Below, piece by piece: positions 1-27,607 of a stretch of DNA of 64,000 bases. The translations under genes were made by a program, and so were the position numbers. Below the pieces are notes generated by a model. That model worked only from the letters and a program-made list of their open reading frames with translations. It did not search any database and was not told where the DNA came from. Origin of the DNA: Macrostomum lignano (lineage: Eukaryota); NCBI GenBank assembly GCA_002269645.1, contig NIVC01000604.1, forward strand, positions 310,001-374,000. The letters run 5' to 3'. Positions within the stretch are counted from its first letter, which is position 1, and each line of letters begins with the position of its first letter.

Positions 1-16034
<16,034 letters not shown>

Positions 16035-16764
16035 GCCAGCCAGGAGGCTTAGAAACTGCTGCTGAGTTCACCCGATTAGTCTGTGGCCCAATCTGACTCA
16101 GCCAGCGCCATCTCCGCGACGCTGTCTCTTCAAGAAACCGAATTCTGGCCGAAAGTCCAGCCTTACCAGTGTAGGGCTTTTTAAACACAAAAACACAAAC
16201 AGGCCGAACCGAACGGGACCTCCGCTCGCTGGGACCGGGCGGAGACAGGCAGCAGCAGCCAATCCCACGAGACACCCTCCAGCGACCGGCCTCGCCGCGG
16301 CGTATGGACCATTTCCACCGCCTGTCGATTACCCCCGCCTCAAGGCTTGTTCGCTCCCCATCAATCCAATCCATCTCCATCAACTGCCGCCTCCCACTCC
16401 TCCCTTGCTCACCCGCCTTCTCTGTTTCACATCTCCCAGTCTGTGTCGCTAGGGGGCTGTGGATGACGCTCCCCGTATGGATTTCTGTCCGGGGCCTCTC
16501 CGCCTCATCTGCCTTCTCCTCCTGGCGCCCCCTGCTTTTCCCATCTCTGTTGATCTGCCGTCTCGGCAGTTCGGGCGGGGCGGGGGTGACAGCAGGTGGC
16601 GAAGGTGGCAGCCTTGAAGAGTTTTTGCACTTCATTGCTTTCAGTAGCACTTACGGATGACAGTGCTTGCTGCAAGGCGCTTGTGGATGCTCCCTTGTGT
16701 TTAAAATTTTCTGCTTTAAAATTTTTAACAACACGGGTGCTTTGAACAGCCCATCTTAAGGTAT

Positions 16765-17535
16765 TGAAAGCAATGGGTCATTGCAGCCATGATGCACTGA
16801 AAGCAATGGTCATTGCAGCCATGATGCACTGAAAGCAATGGTCATTGCAGCCATGATGCACTGAAAGCAATGGTCATTGCAGCCATGATGCACTGAAAGC
16901 AATGGTCATTGCAGCCATGATGCACTGAAAGCAATGGGTCACTGCAGCCATGATGCACTGAAAGCAATGGTCATTGCAGCCATGATGCACTGAAAGCAAT
17001 GGTCATTGCAGCCATGATGCACTGAAAGCAATGGTCACTGCAGCCATGATGCACTGAAAGTAATGGGTCACTGCAGCCATGATGCACTGAAAGCAATGGT
17101 CATTGCAGCCATGATGCACTGAAAGCAATGGTCATTGCAGCCATGATGCACTGAAAGCAATGGTCATTGCAGCCATGATGCACTGAAAGCAATGGGTCAC
17201 TGCAGCCATGATGCAATTGAAAGCAATGGGTCACTGCAGCCATGATGCAATTGAAAGCAATGGTCATTGCAGCCATGATGCACTGAAAGCAATGGTCATT
17301 GCAGCCATGATGCACTGAAAGCAATGGTCATTGCAGCCATGATGCACTGAAAGCAATGGGTCACTGCAGCCATGATGCAATTGAAAGCAATGGGTCACTG
17401 CAGCCATGATGCACTGAAAGCAATGGGTCATTGCAGCCATGATGCACTGAAAGCAATGGTCATTGCAGCCATGATGCACTGAAAGCAATGGGTCACTGCA
17501 GCCATGATGCACTGAAAGCAATGGGCCACTGCAGA
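16765..17535. repeat. 32/33-bp minisatellite CATTGCAGCCATGATGCACTGAAAGCAATGGT upstream of Nav2
   Basis: About 24 tandem units; each has CATTGC…GCAATG inverted ends. Confidence 0.95.
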
Positions 17536-19027
17536 TCCCGAAGCACCGCAGAGGCCATACCAAGGCAGCTCATTAATTTCACAGAATCCGCAGTCCCCCG
17601 AGAAGCCAAGAAATTAGTATTAATTGCAGCCATTATTACCTCTATAAAATTAATCACATTTAAGTGGCCATTTTTGGCGAGCTTCTGACCCCTTCAGGAT
17701 CTCCCCATTTCTATCACTCGATCATCTCGTCCAGTGGAATGAGACGGGCCTCCTCCAGTTCTGAGCAACTCCCTAAGCAATCCGTGAGCCATCTGCCTGC
17801 CTGTCCCGAGTGCATGCAGCATCTGGCAGATGGAAACGCAGAGGCGATGCAGGAAGCTGGGTCTGCAGTTACTGAGCTGAGCACTTTCCCTCCTCCATTT
17901 TTTATTTTAGGCCAATCTTCGAGCGTCTCCTCTTCCCCAAGTCCCGCCAGATTAAAAATTCGAATCCCCTTCGCGCAATGATGGCCAGAATTTGCTATTG
18001 TTATAATAAATGTACTTTTAGCTGCCCGGCATTCCATTGATTGACGCCGTAATCGGGGGTTGAGACGGAACTAAGCACGGAGTTGGCCTCAATTGGCAGT
18101 CTGCATGCGGCCTTCAATCCCAATTAAAAAGGATGCAATTCAAAACCAAGTAAAAGTGGATAAATTTTGAGTTTAACCCATGGCGGGCCGCGGCAGTGAT
18201 GAAGTTGACAGCTGTGAATGACAGCAAGAGTGGGCGGTCGAAGAGTGCGGGTTCACCGGGTGCTGTCGCTCTCGTCAAGCTCGGCAACCCCGCTAGCAAA
18301 GCCGACGCCAGACACGCAGCCAGCGCCGAACTTGTCGATTTTGACTACTGAATAATTTACGCAGACAAATATAAAGTGGAACTGATTGAGGAGGGAAATA
18401 TCGTCCTCATCAAACTACTCATAGTAGAACTGCATATTTCTACTACAGAAAAAAACGAAATGCTAAAATATAAAAAATTGTCAAGATTCTGATCAGAGAG
18501 AGTGCGCTGAGAGCGACAGAGGAAGAGAGGAGGATCAAAGAGGCAGGTGCGCTGCGGCACAATGGGAGAGAGCACAGCATCCGCGCCAAGTCTCATCTTT
18601 CTCAGCTGAGCTCAGCCCAAGCAAGATTGATGGCCGCCGTGCATAATTGAATAGCCCCCTGCTGGCTGAGAATCTGTACTAAAGTTCTAAGGCCTCAAGC
18701 AGCTACATATATCGGCAGGGTAAGTCCTTCAGCTGCGACCTGTCTCCCCTGCCTAAGAATTGGAGGCTTGCAGATTCTCCTCTCTGGGGGGGAGAGGCAA
18801 AGCCATAAAGCCATAAAAAGTAGTCCGTTGTCAATGGCAACGACCCACGCCCATGCCGGACTGGGAGAGGTGGCACGGGCCTGTCGGAGCGGAGCTGGGG
18901 GCAGGCGGGGCGGGGGGAGGCTGCAGTATTAATATCACCTGGGCTGCCCGCGCCTCTTCCATGCATTGAGCAGCAGCAACTGCCTGCTAGGCTTTAGCAT
19001 CTGTCAACTCCAACCCCAAGCGCCGAC

Positions 19028-19979
19028 ATGTTCACAGACGACGACGCCGAGATGCAGGCGCGAATCCGGCAGGCCCTGAGGTCGCAGCTGGTCAGCACCT
19101 ACGGCAGCGACTTTCTGTCGCCGGAGGCCTGCCGCGAGAAGGCGGCGGAGCTGCGCAGTCAGCAGACGACAACCCGGGGAGCGCAGCGGCAGCCGGATGG
19201 CAGCGTGATGCGAACCGACTACCGGAACTTCGGGGACCGGCCACGGGAGCTGATGAACTCGAAAACCCGGTGAGAAAACTCCGAAAAGCTGCAGGCCCCC
19301 TTAGTCGAATTGCCGATATGTAGCGAAAAAAACTTTGTAAAGCGTAAATTCAAAGGAGCTTTAAAGTTGCAGGGATGGCAGCCTGGATGGAGCCTCCCCC
19401 CCGAGTTGAATTGCCGATATGTAGCGAAAAAACTTTGTAAAGCGTAAATTCAAAGGAGCTTTAAAGTTGCAGGGATGGCAGCCTGGATGGAGCCTCCCCC
19501 CCCGAGTCGAATTGCCGATATGTAGCGAAAAAAACTTTCCAAAGGGTTAATTCAAAAGAGCTTTAAAATCACGGGAATGGCAGCCAGGAAGGAGCCCCAA
19601 GGAGTCTCAAGGATTCAAAGTAGTCCTTGAGAATACCTTCTTCAGCATGATTGTTGCGTAAAAATGCGACTAGGTCCCTTGTTAATTTTTTTTAACTGCT
19701 ATCTAATTGGTTTTCCAATCCATTCCCATCAGCTTCGGCGCCAGGGACAGCCAGGTGCCCAGATACCAGAGCGGAGTGCTGCCCAAGGAGGCGGTGAGCG
19801 CGGCTTACCTGAGCGGCCCCGGCGCGGCGGGAGACGCGGCCACCACCTACAAGGAGGAGATCAGCCGGCCGGGCGGGGCGCGCGTGGCGTCCGGCGGCCA
19901 GCAGCAGCAGCGGGAGCCGCAGCCGCGCCGCTGGAAGCAGGCCCAGTGGGAGGGTCCGGTGGGCCCAGTGAAAAACTGA
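19028..19979 (+). CDS. Two-exon gene, 162 aa, unknown function (possible axonemal microtubule inner protein)
   Basis: Exons 19028-19269 and 19733-19979; CG|GTGAGA…CATCAG|C joins in phase 2; GC-rich codons. Short motifs STYGSDF, RTDYRNF and TTYKEEI resemble repeats in ciliary MIPs (inference). Confidence 0.7.
19304..19590. repeat. ~100-bp unit repeated about 3 times inside the intron
   Basis: GTCGAATTGCCGATATGTAGCGAAAAAAACTTT… recurs at ~19304, ~19405 and ~19506. Confidence 0.85.
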
Positions 19980-21566
19980 CGCACTGACTGACCGACCCTG
20001 CTGGGGCGGACCAGCCGCTGACAGACTTTATCTGACGTTTTCTCAATTCCTTGCTTCCGTCTTTCCTTGCCCTGTCGCCTTGCGCTTTTTAAAAAATCAA
20101 GTCTTCTAGGAGAGGAAACCAGTTGATGGGCACCAGAAAAGCAATATTAAAACCTTTTAGCTCGTAGCATTGAAAATCAATTCTATATACTATAAGTAAA
20201 ACGCAGCGGAAGAATTATTGAAATATAAAAAATTCCTACAAATGAAATACTACTAAAAGTAACAAAGATTGCTTAAAATTTTGCAAGTTTTATTTTGTTT
20301 AAATTTTTACTCACTTGCTCTGACTGTTTTCCGATTGCTTTAAACTTGTTTATTGGCTCATTCGCCTCCCCCTGGAAAATTGTTTTGAGTAGTCATTAAA
20401 ATCATTTGCCAGTAAAGCGGCATATTGTACTACAGTAGTATATTATGGCTAGTACTCGTATATTTATAACGGAAGAAAACAGAGTTGAATAGAAATTATT
20501 GCTCAAATATTTGTTACAAAAATAATTAGGGAAGCGTGAACTGATTATTTAAAGACAATAAATTTCCTAGCAAGATGATAGTTCTATCATAGCAGAAAGA
20601 CGAGATCAATAAATTAGAGTGACAGGCTCCTACTGATTACTTTAAGTAGTTGGAAATACATTTTTAGAAATTCTAACAGTTGTACATGTAGTTGAGAGTA
20701 ACGGCCAGTCTGGCGAGTATAAACTGAGAAGGCGATGCTTGTTAATTTAAGACGTTTCTAAGAATCGCTAAGACGCCCGCATCGCCCGCAGTCCTCGTTC
20801 GGCGGCGTCCAGAGTTCGCCGCTCGGCCAGCAGGCGAAGGCGGCGCATCTCGCGACGAAAATCGTCGATCTCGGATTCCAGCCGGTGTCGCCGATCGGAT
20901 GAGGCTTGGAAGCTGGATGGAGAAGGAAAAAAGAAGAATCATGAAAAATTTCAGGCCATGGGGGCATTGAGATGGGGGCACTGCCCCCCCCCCTCGAAAC
21001 TACTAAGGGCCCCCTTTGGACGGGTTTTTGGAGGTGAGGTGGTTGCCAGCCTTCCTCGGCTCTCATTGTCTGGCACCAAGCAGGTGCCCGGTGCCCAGCG
21101 CCGATATGTATGCCCAGCGCCTACCCCCTAGCGCCTCCTGCAGGCACCGTGCAGGCACTGGCAAAAGTAGGCTTGTATAGGTCACTATATGCATTATATT
21201 TACTTAAAGTAGGCTCATATGCATATATTTACATAAACTACACATATTTAAAGACACAAAGTACGCAAAAGTGATAATATTTCAACACATATCGGTAGGT
21301 AAATTCAAGTCGAATATTGCTATGCATTTACATGCATTTGCGCATAAAAGTAGGCGCTAGCGCATAGGCGCATTTGTTGCCAAAAATACACACAACATGT
21401 ATTGGCTGCTAGATTGTGGCTATAGTCTGACCTGTAGTGCAAAAATACTCGAGTTAGTAAGACTTTCAGTTTCAACCCTTCCTTTGCGAAAATGGTTTCC
21501 CGGTAATAAAAAAATAGACAAGATAAACCGAAAAACGCTAGCTCAACTACTGTAAGCGGTACTTAC

Positions 21567-21854
21567 CGCTCCACGCGCAGGAGTTCCAGCCTCTGAAGCA
21601 TCGCCGTGGGGGCCTGCTGCATCAATGGAGTCTGCAGGCTGGACTTTGACCATGCAGCCTCGTCGGTGTATTTGACGGGGTTGGCTCGAGCTGTCAATGA
21701 TTTCCGCTGCATCACTGCAGCTGAACTGACTCCGTTTGTAGCCTAAAATGTGGGAGTTTGAGGAATGGGCGGGTTCTCACGGGCTTAATGAGTGAGGCAA
21801 GTGTCTGGATGTCCTAGTCTCTTAGTTCCTTAGCATCAGTGTCCTAGTCTGTCA

Positions 21855-21934
<80 letters not shown>

Positions 21935-22912
21935 TAGCGTCTACATGTATCTGCCTGTCTGTCTGTCTGTGTCTGTATCCATGGCAACCACCCCATAGCT
22001 GAGACTCACCAATCTTTCTGTCCGCCTCTTCCTCTCCCAGCGCCTGCCGGAGTCCCTCCTGCGAAGCCCGGAGCCGCGCAAGCCGCCACTCGATCGGCTG
22101 AACAGCTGCGGCTCGCTGCCGCCCATCGCCGCCCACCCACCTGCCCTGCCGTAGGCGGCTGCCCCATGAACCTCTTCTTCATCCGGCTCAGACTCCTCCG
22201 TCTCTGCCGCGCGCTGGAACCGCTTCGCCGCCGCCGGCTTCAACGATCGGTCGTCGTCATCTCGTCGGCGCCGGCCTGCCCAGAGCTGCGGCTCGCTGCC
22301 GCCCATCGGCTCGCGCTGCAGTCCCCGAAACTCACCGACCTCCGAGCGGCCGCCGCAGTCCTGCTGGCGGCGGACGTCGGTGCCGTTGGAGAAGTTCGCC
22401 GGTGCTGGCCGGTCCCGATAGTCCAAGCAGCGATCGCTGCCCGACTTTTGAACCGGGGCAAAGGATTCTGGCGAACTGCAAGAGATTCGCACAGACGGCG
22501 GCAGCTGCTGCGGCTGTGGCGGCGGTGGGTCCGTGCGGTCCAACGCGCTCGAGGAGTTCCACCGTCGAGTTGCTGCAGCCGCAGCTGGTGATTCAACACT
22601 GTCCACGGCCGCCGCCGCCTCCTCGTCGATGATGCGCTCCCGTTCGAGTCGGGCCAGCCGCAGTCGGCAGCGACGCTCGGCCTCCAGACGGTCGGACATG
22701 GCGGCCAGAGCCGGCGCCGGGAGGTGCGGCATGCGGCCTCGCAGGCTGTCGGCTGATTGAGCCAGGAGGCTCACCGGCTCCAGGCCGAGGCGGCGGCAGG
22801 CCTCGAGGCTGCGCGGGCTGGTGAGCACAAACGGCAGGCCTTCAAAGTCGCTGCTGTCCAAGTTGATCAGGTCCACCCGGGGCAGAGGGGCCGAATCTGC
22901 GGCTGTTGACAT
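21567..22912 (-). CDS. CCDC177/CCDC185-family protein (N-terminal domain); 3' end unresolved
   Basis: RVDLINLDSSDFEGLPFVLTSPRSLEACRRLGLEPVSLL…EAERRCRLRLARLERERII matches the CCDC177 N-terminal motif (YVLTSPRSLEAC…YEAERRAKLQQCRAERERI, from memory). Exon 1 22010-22912 (TTG|GTGAGT); exon 2 21567-21742 is open in phase 0 (TTTTAG| … CG|GTAAGT). Confidence 0.75.
21847..21970. repeat. (GTCT)n microsatellite in the CCDC177-like intron
   Basis: Direct reading. Confidence 0.95.
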
Positions 22913-22919
22913 GATTTTC

Positions 22920-23222
22920 TGCTGTGGCTGCTGCTCTGGGGTGTCCGGTGCTGTGGCTGCTCTGGGGTGTCCGGGGCTGTGGCTGCTCTGGGGTGTCCGG
23001 GGCTGTGGCTGCTGCTCTGGGGTGTCCGGTGCTGTGGCTGCTGCTCTGGGGTGTCCGGTGCTGTGGCTGCTGCTCTGGGGTGTCCGGTGCTGTGGCTGCT
23101 GCTCTGGGGTGTCCGGTGCTGTGGCTGCTGCTCTGGGGTGTCCGGTGCTGTGGCTGCTGCTCTGGGGTGTCCGGTGCTGTGGCTGCTGCTCTGGGGTGTC
23201 CGGTGCTGTGGCTGCTGCTCCT
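22920..23222. repeat. 29-bp minisatellite GCTGCTCTGGGGTGTCCGGTGCTGTGGCT immediately upstream of the CCDC177-like ATG
   Basis: About 10 tandem units ending 8 nt from the ATG. Confidence 0.93.
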
Positions 23223-23945
23223 GCACTCTTGGCTATCTATCTGCTATTGTTTGTGCCGCAGCTTCTCTACTGCATAGCCTGGCTTAATAAACGAAAGGTG
23301 AGAAACTGGACTCACTCTCTCAAAGAAGACTCTTGCTTTCGTCAGATTTGGCCTCGCATCTGTCTTCTATAAGGTAGCCGCAGATATATAGAGAAGAGTG
23401 TAGCGGGGTTGGGCTAAAGCACTTGGCAAACAGAACAATTTGCAGGGTAAGTGCAGTCAGATGGAGAAAAGACTGGCTATGCAGAGGTAGGAGAGACAGA
23501 GAGAGCTCAGCGATATTGTCAGGCCTAGGGCTGGGGCCGCGGTTGGTTGAAAACTCATAGCGCTGAGCATGTTCTCCATTCTCAGCGTGAGCTCCAATGC
23601 GCACTGGCTTGTTCCTGGGGGCAGAGGATGAAGAGAGCTGCATGGCAGAGACGGGATAGCCAAGTAGGCAGGGAGAAGGAAGCTGGACTCAAAGCAGAGG
23701 AATGCAATGCGATCACGGGGAAGCTGTAAAAGTCGTGTCCCAACTGTGTCAATAAAGTTTGCCGGGCCCAAAACCAGGAACCAGGGAACAGCTTTCAGTT
23801 CCGTAAATGATTCATAACTTCCTGATCGATCAGCAGTGCCAATGAGAAACGAATCAGCAGGCTGCATGATACTCTTCATGTGTTGGCAGTGCTTACAGTT
23901 TACTGACTAATTTATATGCATTGCGCGCAGACCGGCCCCTCAGCT

Positions 23946-25523
23946 CAGGGGCATCGCCATAGATTTTATGATGGGGGACAAAGCCAAGAATTATACATGA
24001 CTAAATTCCTACATTATTTCGGGAATTGGTGCCGTTAGCACTCATTTTGGCGCCGCAGGCACTCATTTTAGCGCTGCAGGCACTTAATTCAGCGTCACAA
24101 GCACACATTTTGGCGCCGCAGGCACTCATTTTAGCGCTGCAGGCACTTAATTCAGCGCCACAAGCACACATTTTGGCGCCGCAGACAGGCACTCATTTTG
24201 GCACCACAGACACACTCATTTGGCGCCGCAGACTCGACAGTCATATAGCGCCACAGACAGACACTCATTTGGCGCCGCAGACTCGACAGTCATATGGCGC
24301 CACAGACAGACACTCATTTGGCGCCGCAGACAAATATTTTGGCGCCGCAGACTCGACAGTCATATGGCGCCACAGACAGACACTCAGTTGGCGCCGCAGA
24401 CAAATATTTTGGTGCCGCAGACTCGACAGTCATATGGCGCCACAGACAGACACTCATTTGGCGCCGCAGACAAATATTTTGGCGCCGCAGACTCGACAGT
24501 CATATGGCGCCACAGACAGACACTCAGTTGGCGCCGCAGACAAATATTTTGGCGCCGCAGACTCGACAGTCATATGGCGCCACAGACAGACACTCATTTG
24601 GCGCCGCAGACTCGACAGTCATATGGCGCCACATACAGACACTCATTTGGCGCCGCAGACTCGACAGTCATATAGCGCCACAGACAGACACTCATTTGGC
24701 GCCGCAGACTCGACAGTCATATGGCGCCACAGACAGACACTCATTTGGCGCCGCAGACTCGACAGTCATATGGCGCCACAGACAGACACTCATTTGGCGC
24801 CGCAGACTCGACAGTCATATGGCGCCACAGACAGACACTCATTTGGCGCCGCAGACTCGACAGTCATATGGCGCCACAGACAGACACTCATTTGGCGCCG
24901 CAGACTCGACAGTCATATGGCGCCACAGACAGACACTCATTTGGCGCCGCAGACTCGACAGTCATATGGCGCCACAGACAGACACTCATTTGGCGCCGCA
25001 GACAGACACTCATTTTAGCGCCACAGACAAATATTTTGGTGCCGCAGACTCGACAGTCATATGGCGCCACAGACAGACACTCATTTGGCGCCGCAGACTC
25101 GACAGTCATATGGCGCCGCAGACTCGAGTCATATGGCGCCACAGACAGACACTCATTTGGCGCCGCAGACTCGACAGTCATATGGCGCCACAGACAGACA
25201 CTCATTTGGCGCCGCAGACAGACACTCATTTGGCGCCGCAGACAAATATTTTGGCGCTGCAGACTCGACAGTCATATGGCGCCACAGACAGGCACTCATT
25301 TTGGCGCCGCAGACAGACACTCATTTTAGCGCCACAGAAGACAAACATTTTGGCGCCGCAGACTCGACAATGATTTGGCGCCGAAAGCGCTTTATTTTAG
25401 CGCCCTGTTGCAAAGTTATTGATTCCATAACGGGTCACCAGGTAGGGGGTGGGGGGCAAGCATAGCTTTTACTGGGTGGACATGCCCCTCCACCCTGTCC
25501 CAACCCCGGTGGCGACGCAACTG
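23946..25523. mobile_element. Non-autonomous hAT-type DNA transposon filled with a 49-bp tandem array
   Basis: 8-bp TSD CCTCAGCT (23938-23945, 25524-25531); imperfect 14-bp TIR CAGGGGCATCGCCA / TGGCGACGCAACTG; internal array at 24035-25375 of GGCGCC-containing units. Confidence 0.8.
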
Positions 25524-26777
25524 CCTCAGCTGTGAAACACCCAAGTGCCTAAAAACCCTCATCATGTTGGCCCTGTAGGATTGCAAGCAGACCGCAAGCT
25601 AGTGTTGACACAATTCCAATTAAACTTTCTAGCTTAGCACTTTTACATATATAATTCGAGTTTTTATTTATCATACGTCGAGCATCTTAATTTTAGAAAT
25701 AGTTGACTTTAAAACCATAATCATAATAATCATAATTAATTTATTTATTATTACAATTGAAATGGCAACAAATCTCTGAGCCACAGAATTCAAAATAACT
25801 AATATGTATATTTACCATATAGATATAGATATTCATCAATACCAGCATATGTACGCTCAGCACTCCAGCAAAGCAAAGGGGGGCAAAAAAGAAAATTGAG
25901 CAAAACTGATGACAACACTTGAAGCTGTGCTGAAGACAAAAATTTGAGAACTTGTTAAGCACACAACCCGGCGCAGATGGCGAGGCCAAAAGGCAAACAG
26001 AAGCGACTCCAACCCTGGGTTTGAGTTTAACTGGAGAGGCCGGCTAAGGAAATTCAATAGCGTTGCAAGGGAAATTGCTGCGCCTAGTGTGTATAGTATT
26101 AGTAATGCATTTCTTGCATGCAAGGTCGAGCAGTCCGTGGTTCGAGTCCAACAACTGATAAACCCAAATCAATCAATTGCGATTCTCCTCACTGACTATT
26201 TGAAAAGTAGGCAAAACAGTAAACCATTAAACTTAAAAATAGTATGTGTGGAGGCAAGAATTTTCGTGAATTACTATTTATCGTGTTCTCCCGATATGTA
26301 TAGAAAAACGATATAATTTCTCCGAGTAGGAAGGTTGAAAGGTCAGTGCCGCTATTGCCTATCATAGAATCAATAAGAAGCAAAGCAGAGCTGCAAAATA
26401 GCATCAAATATTGAGATTGTGGCAGTTTTACGACAAGCAAAGTTTAAATGACTACAGCATTTACTGTTTCAAAAGTTAAAATTGAAAGCCCTTGCTAGGT
26501 AGCACAGTTAAAGACAGTAAATAAAATGAATTTTTTATTGGAGTCTTCAAGCGAATAATGCAGTAACAGCTATGCGAATTCAGTAAAAATCGAATAAAAA
26601 TTCCCACTGACTATGACGTCATTGTCTAGAATGCACCAGCGCCTTTCGGTAATAATTTACTGATATTTCTACTTAGGCAGTAGTTGCAAATAGAAAAACT
26701 TTTTCTTGGAAAATATTTGAAGGCTATATTTGACTTAACTTTTCGAAAAGATCTTTTTAGGAAATCGTATAATTTGA

Positions 26778-26925
26778 CCGTTCCGCCGACTCCCCTGAGC
26801 AGGCGCACACAATCGCGCGGATAACTTTATTAATCGTTAGGCATGTACACTTCACTGTGCCTTGGGAGTTGGCCCTTAAGGGTGTTAACTGCACGAGCAG
26901 AGAGCCAAGCCGAGATTCCAATTTA
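26778..26925 (-). mobile_element. Partial copy of the SINE core
   Basis: TTCCGCCGACTCCCCTGAGCAGGC…TAACTTTATT.ATCGTTAGGCATGTACA…GCACGAGCAGAG..CCAAGCCGAGATTCCAATT is shared with 643-825. Confidence 0.75.
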
Positions 26926-27096
26926 GAATTTAGAACTAGGTGCTATTTTTATGTTGAAAAAATGAACTTCTTCATCTCGATTGCACTTTTTCACGCAAAC
27001 CCCAGCCTTCAAAGATTTTCTAAGAATCGCATTTCCCCCTTCTTTTACAGTAAATAAGTGGCCATTGCCACAAATGTGGTCAATTACAAAGCACGT

Positions 27097-27607
27097 TCAG
27101 ACCCCCGCAGCCAGCTGCCTGGACACCCTGTCTGTCAACAGCTGATCCAACTGTCGCTCCCGACGCCGAACGCAGCCAAATGCGATCAAGAATAGAAGCA
27201 GCGAAGCGCCCTGTGCGACAAAGAACTTCACCCGTTCACTGGCACTGTTAGACGGCACCTTTGGCTGGCAGGAAATCCAGGCTTCTGGACAGCCGCTGGA
27301 GCCTCCAACGAGACGCTTGAAGCCGGTGTCAGCGCATGCGGCCGCCATGACGCTGCCAGCAGTCAGCTGACTGGCGACCCGCTGCTCGAATTCGGTGCAC
27401 GGCTGGCAGGCCTGGCTGGGATAGTCTGATGCAGCCTGTTGCTGCTGCAGCAATGCGGCGCAGCTCGTGGTTGCTGCGCTGTGTAAATTGCCTGATGCAG
27501 CAGGTGCCGATGCGGGGGAGACTGGCAGAGCAGCTGGCGGTCCAGCGTGCTGCTCATGCTGGTGCTGCATCAGAGTGTCCTCAAGGTAGAGAACGGCAAT
27601 GCAGAGT
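27097..27607 (-). CDS. Possible terminal coding exon with a C-terminal transmembrane helix; gene unknown
   Basis: GC-rich island; acceptor TTTTGTCCATAG at 27608; frame open from the acceptor to the stop; FFVAQGASLLLFLIAFGCVRRRER looks like a TM helix plus basic stop-transfer. No family recognised. Confidence 0.3.

Noticed and set aside
16765-17535. CRISPR-like 32-bp palindromic repeats
   Set aside because: There are no unique spacers, no cas genes, and the context is eukaryotic. The same applies to all other arrays.
17664-18037. Overlapping ~105-aa ORFs on both strands
   Set aside because: No splice partners or homology recognised.
24026-25373. Long repetitive ORFs (330 and 359 aa)
   Set aside because: They are products of the 49-bp array inside a non-autonomous hAT element.
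26085-26155. GGTTCGAGTCC B-box, possible tRNA gene
   Set aside because: No convincing A-box spacing or cloverleaf by eye; tRNAscan-SE would settle it.
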